From a bacterium (GTDB taxonomy: Bacteria > Desulfobacterota > DSWW01), in assembly GCA_040756235.1 (NCBI GenBank), contig JBFLZG010000008.1, forward strand, positions 16,695 through 80,694: a DNA stretch of 64,000 nt. The letters are read 5' to 3'. The first letter of the stretch is position 1; each line of letters starts with the position of its first letter. The translations under genes were made by a program, and so were the position numbers. Of the stretch, positions 49,427 through 58,463 are shown piece by piece. The notes under the pieces were generated by a model, which was not told where the DNA came from, made no database searches, and saw nothing but the letters and a program-made list of their open reading frames with translations.

Positions 49427-49435
49427 ATTATAGCA
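49427..49435 (-). promoter_or_regulatory. Extended -10 element upstream of CapA gene
   Basis: Minus strand TGCTATAAT in an AT-rich patch. Confidence 0.45.
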
Positions 49436-49748
49436 AGATATAAGTGAGCCTTCGTGCATCCGGTCCGGGGAAAGCCCTCCCGAGATGATGGCCGGAGCTG
49501 CGGGCATGGGAAGTCGAGCAACGTCTGGTCAGGGAATGATTTGAGCGATGGGCCGAAGAATACCGGCAGGTGACACGACGCGCCGGTCCGAAGTCAGGAG
49601 AGGTCTCGGATCTTGCGAAGGGTTCTGCGAATCCTCGCCGCACCGGGCGGCAGCGCTCGCGACGCTTTCAGACCTGTGAGGAGATGGAGCGTGCAACTCG
49701 TCGGCCGCCTCCGGCCGGCCTCCGGGAGGAGCGGGAGGTCGCCTCCGC

Positions 49749-51638
49749 TCAGCCTCTTCGGCGGATTCGGGCCTGAGCTCTCCTCTTGCAGCGAAGGGTC
49801 CAGAGCAGAGCCGGCAGAAACAGGACCGCCACATGACCCGCCCCGGTTCGGTCCCATTCCTTCCCGGAAGCTCCGGTGCCCGCCACGGAGCAACCGCCGC
49901 CGCCCCCGCCGCCGGAGCCGTCACTGCTTTGATACCCCCCTCCGACAGGGGGTTTCCCGTCGCCGTCGTCGGTCACGGCGATCGTGACCCGGTCCGGCTC
50001 GCTCGGCAGCTCGCCGTCCTCCACCACGAGCTCGAATTCGACCACCCCTTCGGTGACCGCATAGAAACCGAGCGCCTGGCTTTCGGGGTCCTCCAGGCTC
50101 ACCAGGGCGCCTCCGATCTGCGTCCACGTGTAGGTCAAGTCATCGCCGTCCGGGTCGGAGCTGGCGGTGCCGTCCAGGATGATCCACTCTCCGACCGCCG
50201 CCGCCGCCGGGGCCGCAGCAACAGCAACGGGCTTTCGATTGCCCTGCTCCACCGTCACGGCCACGGAGTCCGCTGCGCTCTGGTCGGTGCCGTCGTCTAC
50301 GACGAGCTCGAACCGGTACACGCCGACCCGGCTCGCGCTGAAACGCGCTTCCGCCTGGCCGCTCCCCAGCAGCACGACCTGCGCGGGTCCCTCGGCTTGA
50401 GACCAGGAATACGTGAGAGCGTCTCCATCGGCGTCGGTGCTGCCGGAGCCGTCCAGGACCACGGTCTGGCCGACGCGCACCGTCTGATCCGCGCCTGCGC
50501 GGGCCGAAGGAACGTGGTTGATGCCGTTCACGGTCATCTGGACGCGGTCGGGATCGCTGCACAGGGAGGTGTCGCAGACGACCAGATCGAACTTGTAGAC
50601 ACCCGAGGACGAGGGCACGAACGACGCCCTCTGCCGGGCGGCATCCTGGAGGAGGACGGTCGTTCCACTGACCTGGGACCAGGAATAGCTCAGGGCGTCT
50701 TCGTTCGGATCGTTGCTCCCGCTTCCATCCAGGGCCACACTGGTTCCTGCGGTCAGCGTGCGGTCCTTCCCCGCGTCGGCAGAGGGACGCACGTTGTGAA
50801 TGAGGATGGAGACCTCATCCGGCAGGCTGTTGACTCTGCCGTCACTGACGACCAGACGGAAACGATACTCGCCCGCCTTCTTGCCGATGAACGTGGGAGA
50901 CGACGCACTCGCGCTCGAGAGCTTCACGCTGGGGCCCAGGGTCTGGGTCCACGCATGCTGCAGAGGATCTCCGTTCGGGTCGTAGCTCCCGGTCCCATTC
51001 AACGTGACCACGGTCGGATCGAGCTCCTGGTCCTGGCCGGCGCGCGCGACCGGAACGTTGTCGGCCGCGCTCAGAGGGTTCTGGCCGTTGTCCGTCTCGA
51101 TTCCGTCCGCCACACCGTCCTCGTCCGAGTCCGCGTCCCGGGGAAGCGTGCCGGCCTGGAATTCTTCGCGATTGGAGAGCCCGTCGCCGTCCGCGTCGGT
51201 TGCGCCATCGGCGGGATTGTGGGGATCGAATCCGTGCAGCCCTTCCCAGGTGTTGGGCATTCCGTCTCCGTCCGTGTCCTCGCCGGAGCCTTGAAGGAAG
51301 ACCGTCACGGGCTCGGACGGGTCGGACATCGGGCCTTTGGCTCCCTGAGCGTCTTCGGCGTCCACCTGCACGACGTAGGTCCGTCTGTCCTGGACACTCA
51401 AAGTGCACCTGTTCGTGGAAGCCTCGGTGAGCATTTGAAAGGGCCCGCCGTCCGTAGCCACGTACACGTTGTAATGCTCAACGGATCCCGAGCTGGGGGT
51501 CCAACTGAGGGTGATGGGGGATTGATAGGCGTACACGGTCGCTTGCGCCACGGAGGATCCGAGCAGCACAAGCAGCAGCGCCGGGGTCGATAACGCGACG
51601 ATGAGTGCCATCTGTCCGTAGCAGCGGAACCGCTTCAT
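49749..51638 (-). CDS. Surface protein: FN3-like, Asp-rich Ca-binding repeats, four PKD/Ig-like repeats, Gly-rich-Cys C-terminal sorting signal
   Basis: Signal peptide; DTDGDG, DADGDG, DSDEDG; four LxGxxSxDxxxDxLxxxWxQ repeats; GGGGGGGCSV + TM + KRR tail. Confidence 0.88.
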   Translation of the reverse strand: MKRFRCYGQMALIVALSTPALLLVLLGSSVAQATVYAYQSPITLSWTPSSGSVEHYNVYVATDGGPFQMLTEASTNRCTLSVQDRRTYVVQVDAEDAQGAKGPMSDPSEPVTVFLQGSGEDTDGDGMPNTWEGLHGFDPHNPADGATDADGDGLSNREEFQAGTLPRDADSDEDGVADGIETDNGQNPLSAADNVPVARAGQDQELDPTVVTLNGTGSYDPNGDPLQHAWTQTLGPSVKLSSASASSPTFIGKKAGEYRFRLVVSDGRVNSLPDEVSILIHNVRPSADAGKDRTLTAGTSVALDGSGSNDPNEDALSYSWSQVSGTTVLLQDAARQRASFVPSSSGVYKFDLVVCDTSLCSDPDRVQMTVNGINHVPSARAGADQTVRVGQTVVLDGSGSTDADGDALTYSWSQAEGPAQVVLLGSGQAEARFSASRVGVYRFELVVDDGTDQSAADSVAVTVEQGNRKPVAVAAAPAAAAVGEWIILDGTASSDPDGDDLTYTWTQIGGALVSLEDPESQALGFYAVTEGVVEFELVVEDGELPSEPDRVTIAVTDDGDGKPPVGGGYQSSDGSGGGGGGGCSVAGTGASGKEWDRTGAGHVAVLFLPALLWTLRCKRRAQARIRRRG

Positions 51639-51700
51639 CGGGAGCCCCCCTGTGCATGCTGTGCACATATGGTCGGATCGACCTCTTGAGGCAGACCTTA

Positions 51701-51714
51701 GCAAGAACTGTTCC
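51701..51714 (-). promoter_or_regulatory. Sigma-54-like promoter of PKD surface protein gene
   Basis: Minus strand GGAACAGTTCTTGC(T) = GG-N10-GC, about 60 bp upstream of start. Confidence 0.6.
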
Positions 51715-52187
51715 CGCTTCTCCGGCAGGGCTCTCTCTGTCCGTAACCTGTGGAAAAACGGAACTTTTGGTGGGGTCCGTTCGACTCGTCGCGATCCTCT
51801 GTCGGGGGGATGCACCCAGAGGCCCAATTACAAAACTGTTATTTCACGTCAAGTATTTGGCAGGCCCGGCAGCCGGTGTTCGTGCGGACTCGCCGCGGCC
51901 CCGGTAAGTGCGCGCTCATGAAAAGCGCGGAAGCAGGAAGCAGCTCCGCACGCGGCTCGCAGCGTGCCCGTTCTTCCGATCGAGGCCCACGGGCGAGCGC
52001 GCGGAGGTGCTCGTCCAAAGACCCTTCCAAAGGCGCACGCGTTCCCCGGAAACGGCCGGCCACAGCAGACTCTCGTGACCTTGCCCCGCCCGGACTGTCG
52101 ATTTTGACTCTCCTCCTTATTGTCGGATACGCTCTGCCTGCCCGACAGCAGCCGATTTTTGCAGTGGGAAACTGGGTCGTGTCGCAC

Positions 52188-53015
52188 ATGGCTGAAGATC
52201 AGGCCCGCCTGTGGAGACCCGAAGCATTCAAGGGCATCGTCTTGCTCACTGCCCGATTCAAGAATTTTGCCTATAGCAGGCATGTGCACGAGGAGTTCGG
52301 CATTGGGGTGGTCGAACAGGGAACGCAGATGTTCCGGTGTCACGGGCAAACTCACTTTGCCGCTCAAGGAGCGGTGATCAGCCTCAATCCCGATGCGATC
52401 CACGACGGCCGGGCAGCAACCGAGGCCGGCTACCGGTATCGTATGGCTTACGTCCCGGCCGAGATCATCCTTGAAGCCCTGGATGTGTTTCCGGGTTCGA
52501 CCCGTTCGCCGGGCTATTTTCGCCATCCGGTCGCGTTCGATCCCGAGCTGTCGCAGCGGCTGCTCCATGCATTGCGGCTGATGGAGGAACATCCTCACGA
52601 CCTCCTTGCGGAGCAATCCTCCTTCATCGAAGCCATCGTCCGCCTCTTCACCCGCTATGCCGAGCCCCGCTATGTTCCCCGACGTTTCAAGCCGAACCCG
52701 GCCGTCGTTCGCAAAGCTTGTGACCTCATCCACGGCAGGACGGCGGAAAACCTTTCGTTGCAGGAGATCGCCGGCGAGGTCGGTGTCTCCCGATTCCATT
52801 TCCTGCGCCTGTTCAAGGCCTCCACCGGTCTCACTCCCCACGAATATCTGCTCTTGCGCCGGCTCGGACTGGCAAAGTCGTTGATCCGGCAAGGACACTC
52901 GCTGGTTCGGGCCGCCCACGAAGCCGGATTCGCCGATCAGAGTCATATGACCCGCCGCTTCAAGGCAGCCTATGGAGTCACACCGGGACAATATCGCCAA
53001 GCTCTCCTCGCTTAA
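52188..53015 (+). CDS. AraC-family transcriptional regulator
   Basis: YSRHVHEE cupin; SRFHFLRLFK; GFADQSHMTRRFKAAYGVTPGQY. Confidence 0.95.
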   Translation: MAEDQARLWRPEAFKGIVLLTARFKNFAYSRHVHEEFGIGVVEQGTQMFRCHGQTHFAAQGAVISLNPDAIHDGRAATEAGYRYRMAYVPAEIILEALDVFPGSTRSPGYFRHPVAFDPELSQRLLHALRLMEEHPHDLLAEQSSFIEAIVRLFTRYAEPRYVPRRFKPNPAVVRKACDLIHGRTAENLSLQEIAGEVGVSRFHFLRLFKASTGLTPHEYLLLRRLGLAKSLIRQGHSLVRAAHEAGFADQSHMTRRFKAAYGVTPGQYRQALLA

Positions 53016-53023
53016 GAAAACAG

Positions 53024-53036
53024 CAATTTTGTTCAA
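53024..53036 (+). promoter_or_regulatory. Putative operator CAATTTTGTTCAA
   Basis: Immediately after the araC stop and upstream of the acyl-CoA dehydrogenase; identical 13-mer at 55208-55220. Confidence 0.5.
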
Positions 53037-53127
53037 AACAGCCCTCCCCTTCTGAGCTACCCTTTCTGCAAAGCCGAAATCAGCTCCTCAAGAACCATCT
53101 GCCGATCAGAGTCCGGGAGGGCCGGTC

Positions 53128-54258
53128 ATGCTCGATTTCTCCTTCACCGAAGCACAGGAAGCATTCCGAGAAAGGATCAGGCGCTTTGCCGCAGAGGAGG
53201 TTGCGCCAAGAAGGAAGATCTGGGACAGGGAGAGACGATCGCCTTTCCCCCTGATCCGGAGACTGGCCGCTTGGGATCTCCTGAGCCCGGAGATGGACAA
53301 CGTCACACGGGGTATCCTCACAGAGGAGATCGCTTATGTGGACTTCAACAGCGCAATGCCGCTGGTCTGGGCCACCCTTCCCTTCGAAGCGCAGCGGCTT
53401 CCGGGGATCCCGGAGGAAGTGAGGAAGCCGATCTTCGAAAAGATGCTGCGCGGGGAAAGTTTTCTGGCTCTGTGCTTCGGCGAGCCCGGAGCAGGCACCG
53501 ACATGGCCGCCTTCCGGACCCGGGCCGTGCGGGACGGCCAGGAGTGGGTCATCCAAGGTACCAAGAATACGATCAGCTGGGCGGATGCGGATTACTACCT
53601 GGTCTGCGCCAAGACGGGCCGGGATGAGGAGGGGGTCCGGGCTCTCACAGATTTCCTTGTACCGGCCTCCACTCAGGGAGTGAGCCCGCCGAAAGTCTGG
53701 GCCGACATGGGCTCCAGAGGCGCCACCCGGGGAATCGTTCAGTTTGACGGCGTGAGGGTCCCGTTGCAGCACGTGATCGGGGAAATCGGCAAAGGCTATG
53801 TTCTGGCGGCCGAGCTCTTCGACACCAACCGAGCCTTCATCGCCCTCAAATGCATCGGGGCGGCACAGGCTTCGGTGGACGAGACCTGCGAATATGTCAA
53901 GACGCGGTTGGTCATGGGGAGGCCCATTGCGGGCTATCAGGCGATCAGCTTCCCCCTGGCCGAGTCCCAGACGTTCCTCGAGGCGGGCCGCCTGCTCTGT
54001 TACAGGAACCTGTGGAAAGCGGATCGAGGCGAGCGCCGTTCCATGGAAGGGGCCATGTGCAAGTGGTGGATCCCGGAGGTGACGCTGGAGATCATCCGCA
54101 AGTGCCTCCTGATGCACGGCCAGTACGGGTACACGGCAGACCTCCCCTTCGAACAAAGGCTGAGGGATGTCCTGGGCTGGCAGATCGGGGACGGCACGGC
54201 AGAGGCATCGAAGCTCATGATCGCCAGGTCGATGATCGGCAGAGAGTACGTCGGGTAG
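53128..54258 (+). CDS. Acyl-CoA dehydrogenase, cyclohexanecarboxyl-CoA dehydrogenase (AliB)-like
   Basis: EPGAGTD; IQGTKNTIS; HGQYGY; QRLRDVLGWQIGDGT. Confidence 0.9.
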   Translation: MLDFSFTEAQEAFRERIRRFAAEEVAPRRKIWDRERRSPFPLIRRLAAWDLLSPEMDNVTRGILTEEIAYVDFNSAMPLVWATLPFEAQRLPGIPEEVRKPIFEKMLRGESFLALCFGEPGAGTDMAAFRTRAVRDGQEWVIQGTKNTISWADADYYLVCAKTGRDEEGVRALTDFLVPASTQGVSPPKVWADMGSRGATRGIVQFDGVRVPLQHVIGEIGKGYVLAAELFDTNRAFIALKCIGAAQASVDETCEYVKTRLVMGRPIAGYQAISFPLAESQTFLEAGRLLCYRNLWKADRGERRSMEGAMCKWWIPEVTLEIIRKCLLMHGQYGYTADLPFEQRLRDVLGWQIGDGTAEASKLMIARSMIGREYVG

Positions 54259-54340
54259 CAGGTGAAGCGCTCGGCTGGCCCACGGCCCCTTGCAGCATCA
54301 CCGAAGAGTCTGCCGTGACGATGGTCGAGCGCGTCCGGGC

Positions 54341-54868
54341 TCAACCCCCGGCTGCGAACTCCCACTCGCACCAGGCATCCCTCGGGTGCTCGTCCGGGGG
54401 ACAGAAGATGCACGTCGTTTCCACCGCCGGGTGGATGACTTCGATGACGGCCTTGCAGATGGACATCCCCGCCGGCTTGCAGCCCAACTCTCCGATGCCC
54501 TCTTCCAGCCTCTTCACCTGCTGGTAGCAGTTGGTCACTCGGATTCGGAACCGGTCCTCATCCGGCTTCCAGATCTCGAATTCGCCGTTGACCCAGAGGG
54601 TCGACAGGACCATGGCCTTCATGAGATCGTCCAGGGTCTCGGTGAGCCCGAACATCTTCTTGAGCCGGTACATCTGAACCCGGGCGTTGGCCGAGAAACA
54701 GTGGCTGTCCCCCCGGACGGCCGCCTCCTCCCCGTACTCCCGGTTCATGTACGCCATCCAATTGTTCTGGAGGTTCCACCAGTTCTTCTGGAGCATGTCG
54801 ATGTACTCCAGGAGTCCTTCCCGGGGCAACCCCGAGAATATCTCCAGCTGCGCTTTGTTCAGTGCCAT
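54341..54868 (-). CDS. DUF6125-like protein
   Basis: KNWWNLQNNW; VTNCYQQ..R; CKPAG; CIFCPPDEHPRDAWCEWEF. Confidence 0.75.
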   Translation of the reverse strand: MALNKAQLEIFSGLPREGLLEYIDMLQKNWWNLQNNWMAYMNREYGEEAAVRGDSHCFSANARVQMYRLKKMFGLTETLDDLMKAMVLSTLWVNGEFEIWKPDEDRFRIRVTNCYQQVKRLEEGIGELGCKPAGMSICKAVIEVIHPAVETTCIFCPPDEHPRDAWCEWEFAAGG

Positions 54869-55246
54869 TGGTTCCTCCGCACGCAACCGCCGACAAAATG
54901 GCGGCCGGGTCTCGATCGATCGCGAGGGCCATCGGCCTGGCCGGTCCCGCGCTCCTGAAGCGGCCGCGGCCGCAGTGCCCGGGCGCGCCCCGAGGCGCAG
55001 TCGGGTGAACCCCGACCCGGGAACGCAGCCTCCGCAAAGTTTGAAAAGGCTAGCACGCTCCGTTCCGCCAATGCAAACCGACATGGTAGGAAAAGGTGCA
55101 GATGCAAGGCCTGCCGCCACGGATCGGTGCCGAGCTGAGAAGGCTGACGGCTGCGTACTCCACGAGGCGATATCCTCCTCCGTTGACGTTCGAGGCTCCC
55201 CCTGCGACAATTTTGTTCAACGGTCACACAGAGGAGGGATCTTTCC

Positions 55247-55474
55247 ATGGCGAAGAGCAGTGAGAGCAGCGCGACTTACACGATCATCGAGTTGGTCGGC
55301 ACCAGCGAGAAGTCCTGGGAGGACGCCGCACGGAACGCGGTGGAGACGGCTGCCAAGACGCTCACGGACCTGAGGATCGCAGAGGTCGTGAAGCTCGACA
55401 TGACCGTCGACGGCGGGAAGGTGGCCAGGTACAGAGCGAGAGTCAATCTGTCCTTCAAGTATCACACCGAATAG
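55247..55474 (+). CDS. Dodecin-family flavin-binding protein
   Basis: YTIIELVGTSEKSWEDAARNAVETAAKTL...YRARVNLSFKY; GGAGG RBS. Confidence 0.93.
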   Translation: MAKSSESSATYTIIELVGTSEKSWEDAARNAVETAAKTLTDLRIAEVVKLDMTVDGGKVARYRARVNLSFKYHTE

Positions 55475-55836
55475 CGATCGCTTGCGCCCCGATCTGATCG
55501 AGGCGCACCGCATGCCGGTCCCGCCCGCCCCTCCCTCCCCCCCGGCGGGTCGGGCGCTCAGACTCGGCTGCGGCTTTTCGCCGCAGGGCTGCCGCCGCAT
55601 CCCCTCCGCCCCGCGCCCCTTCCGGGCGCCGCGGCAAGCCCTGCCTTCATCTCGGACCGGACCTCACGAGAGCTCGGCCGATCATTAGGAAGGTCCATCC
55701 GGAGGAGCCTGTTGCGAGCGCAGCGCGGCAATCCCCCGGCCCGAGCTCATCATGGAAACGGACGGCATGCCTTCGTCGAGGTGGGCGGCAGAATCGCTCT
55801 ACATGACCGGCTCGGCTTCGAGCAGGAGGACGCAAG

Positions 55837-56469
55837 ATGGCTGATGGTGTGCGACAAGCCCTGGAAGCGCTGAGGAGCACCGATTTCTTTTCGTGGTATC
55901 TGATCCCGCTCCTCGCTCTGGTCCTCTATGTGTACGCGGTCGAGGTGGAGAGGAGGAAATGGAGTATCATCCTGGCCGGCCTGGCCGTCTGGGGCTTCGA
56001 CTGGCTGTGGGAGATATTCAACGCCCTCCGGTTCCATGCATCCGGCTACTCGGCGGTATGGGTGACCCCGGGCAACAGCGCCTACGTGATACTCATCGGC
56101 TTGACGATCGAGATCAGCTTCATGTTCGCGATTGCCGGTGTGGTCTTCGCCAAGTTCCTCCCCGAGGAAAGAACGGCGAAGGTCATCGGCCTCAACAACC
56201 GCTGGCTCCTTGCAGGCTTCTTTGCGGCATTCTGCGTTTTCGTGGAAATCATCCTGAACCGATGGGGTGTGCTGGTGTGGAACTACTCCTGGTGGAACTG
56301 GCCGAACTTCTGGCTGATCTATATCGGCGCCTACCTGCCCATGTTCCTCTTCGCCGTCTGGATCCACGACATGGCTTCCATGAAGAAGAAGATATGCATC
56401 GTTTCAGGGCTGTACGCCGTCGACCTGCTGCTGCTCGTCATCTTCATCGGCATTCTTGGATGGATTTAG
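55837..56469 (+). CDS. Hypothetical integral membrane protein
   Basis: 210 aa, about 6-7 hydrophobic helices, Trp-rich; AGGAGG RBS. Confidence 0.8.
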   Translation: MADGVRQALEALRSTDFFSWYLIPLLALVLYVYAVEVERRKWSIILAGLAVWGFDWLWEIFNALRFHASGYSAVWVTPGNSAYVILIGLTIEISFMFAIAGVVFAKFLPEERTAKVIGLNNRWLLAGFFAAFCVFVEIILNRWGVLVWNYSWWNWPNFWLIYIGAYLPMFLFAVWIHDMASMKKKICIVSGLYAVDLLLLVIFIGILGWI

Positions 56470-56511
56470 TCCTTCGCTGCGAACGCCCCGGCAAGGCGAC
56501 GTGATCCGGGA

Positions 56512-56805
56512 TCAGCCAGGCTCTCGTCCAACGACTCTCGTCTCCAACGGTGCGGTCAGGTGCTTGGCCAGCCTCTTGGCCATCGCCACGATCGTTACCA
56601 TGGGAGGAAGCCCCCATGCGGCGGGCATCACGCTGGCATCCATGCAGTAGCATCCCTGGATCGGCGTCTGGCAGTCCTTGTCCAGCAGCCCTCCGATTCG
56701 GACCGTGCTGGCCGGATGGGCGGACCATACCGTTGTCTTCACCAGGTCGCGTACGCCCGATTCGCGCAGGATCACCTCTGCCAGAGCAGCTCCCTGGTTG
56801 AGCAT
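56512..56805 (-). pseudogene. C-terminal fragment of a GMC oxidoreductase
   Basis: AHPASTVRIG...DASVMP...PPMVTIVAMAKRLA matches the GMC C-terminal pattern; FAD-binding N-terminal part absent. Confidence 0.7.
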
Positions 56806-56936
56806 GCACCAACTTTCCAGATTGGGGAGCGGCGGGCAGATTTTCCGGCACCTTTTTCAAGCGAGGGTCGGCCCTGTTCTTTCTGAGTGAGTATATGCCG
56901 GCATGAGTCTCCGGCCGGCAGCGACGTGGCGACAAT

Positions 56937-57740
56937 TCACCTCCTTGGCCCAGCGGTTGCCACGCTCAGGCTGGTAGGGGCGCATCTGTTTCCGCATGAG
57001 TCATTCACGTCGTATCCCAGCTCAACCATCATTTCCTGCGCCATCTTCTTGAACAGAGCTCGTTCCTGAGCGGTCATCTCCTTGCGCCATCTGCCGCTGC
57101 CGTCATAGATGGGTTTCCTGAGTTGTTGTACCCGCCTGCATACATGCTCGTCAGGTGCTGCGTGTACAGGTTCCCATGCGGTCTTGTCGGTGGCAAAAAT
57201 ATTCGGCTCGAATTCCTCTTCGAGGAAATCCAAGACCCCTCGCATGACCGCTTCCGGGCTCTTTGCAAACTCCTCATACTTCACCGCTCGGACCTGCGGA
57301 TGACCGAAAAAAGGCATGGCAGCCCCATTATCCCTCAACCATCTCTTCACCCCGCCATCGATCGAACCGGTTCTTTCCTTGAGGGAACAAGCCACATCTC
57401 TGCCGTCCCTGATCATGACGATGATCCGTGCCGTTGGCAGATATCCGAGTATCTTTCCTATCTCCAATACATGCCTGGGCGTTTTCTCGACCCAGCGCGG
57501 CTTGTGGTGCATGAAAGATGAAAGATTGAACTTGGAGACGTTGCGAATAATCCTCAATTCATCGCTCAGCCGCCACCTGCCGGTCAAGAAAGTACCGGTT
57601 TCGCCTTGAATGGCATAGATCTTACTGTGGCTGCCCAAAACCCGGATCATGATGGAAGTACCGCTGTGTCCACACCCCGTCACGAATATGGGAGCCTTCA
57701 AGAATGGCATCTGCAGTTTCAAGATCAATTGTGCCAGCAT
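56937..57740 (-). CDS. Sulfotransferase-family protein
   Basis: PIFVTGCGHSGTS 5'-PSB loop; WVEKTP; IRDGRDVACS 3'-PB; VKYEE; GRWR; start uncertain. Confidence 0.9.
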   Translation of the reverse strand: MLAQLILKLQMPFLKAPIFVTGCGHSGTSIMIRVLGSHSKIYAIQGETGTFLTGRWRLSDELRIIRNVSKFNLSSFMHHKPRWVEKTPRHVLEIGKILGYLPTARIIVMIRDGRDVACSLKERTGSIDGGVKRWLRDNGAAMPFFGHPQVRAVKYEEFAKSPEAVMRGVLDFLEEEFEPNIFATDKTAWEPVHAAPDEHVCRRVQQLRKPIYDGSGRWRKEMTAQERALFKKMAQEMMVELGYDVNDSCGNRCAPTSLSVATAGPRR

Positions 57741-57998
57741 CTGTTCATCCTCAGATAGCTGTTGGTCCGCAAGGGATCCGCGCAAGCGAAGTGGCCGTCC
57801 GAGCGGGACCCTAATCCTGAAATCGGATGATTGGAGGGAAATCTTTTGTTTTCTGGCCCTGGTGACATACTGTAATATAACCCGAATTACAGTCCTCTCC
57901 GGGTACTCGATCACACTCGACCACCCAAAATGTTCGCTTTGCTCTGACAGGCCTCCGCATCTCAGGCTTTCTCCATCGTTCTGAGCCCTTGATTTCAC

Positions 57999-58087
57999 TG
58001 GTGCCCGGGACGGGATTCGAACCCGTACAGGGGTGACCCCCCGAGGGATTTTAAGTCCCTTGTGTCTACCAGTTCCACCACCCGGGC
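57999..58087 (-). tRNA. tRNA-Leu(TAA)
   Basis: GCCCGGGTGGTGGAACTGGTAGACAC-AAGGGA-CTTAAAA-TCCCT, long variable arm, GGTTCGAATCC, CCCGGGCACCA. Confidence 0.97.
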
Positions 58088-58198
58088 GTGCGCCGGACCG
58101 AATCGAGCGGAGGCCGAGGCCGGCATGGACCTTGGGCGGGGCGACCCCCGAACGGGAACTCGGCCTGCGGCCGCCCTGCCCGGCCCTTACCTTCTCCC

Positions 58199-58225
58199 AT
58201 TATGGAGAAAGCCCGGGGATGTCAA
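58199..58225 (-). promoter_or_regulatory. Possible sigma-70 promoter of tRNA-Leu
   Basis: Minus strand TTGACA-N15-CATAAT (short spacer). Confidence 0.4.
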
Positions 58226-58463
58226 GGATCGGCGGCGGAGAGAGGATCGTCGAGGGAGGAGTTCGACACCGCCCGCCGGGATTCCCGCGGGGCCCCGCTG
58301 CGGTCGTGCGTCCTTGGCGGACGAACCGCGACGTCTTTGTACAATCGTATTGAGCAAAGAAACTTGCGTCACGGCATCTCTCATCTACTTTACAGGCGTG
58401 GGGACGCCCCGCGGCGAGAGCTCTGGAAGCCGCCAGCCAAACGAGACCGTTGAGGAATGGCTC

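Noticed and set aside
51720..52180. Riboswitch (e.g. c-di-GMP) in the long intergenic region
   Set aside because: No recognisable aptamer core by eye; an Rfam scan would be needed
53080..53108. GCCGATCA sigma-28-like -10 upstream of acyl-CoA dehydrogenase
   Set aside because: No -35 box at 15-bp spacing; non-motility context
57999..58087. tRNA-Leu(TAA) as bldA-like regulator or intact prophage att site
   Set aside because: No TTA-codon analysis possible here; no integrase and no duplicated 3' end seen
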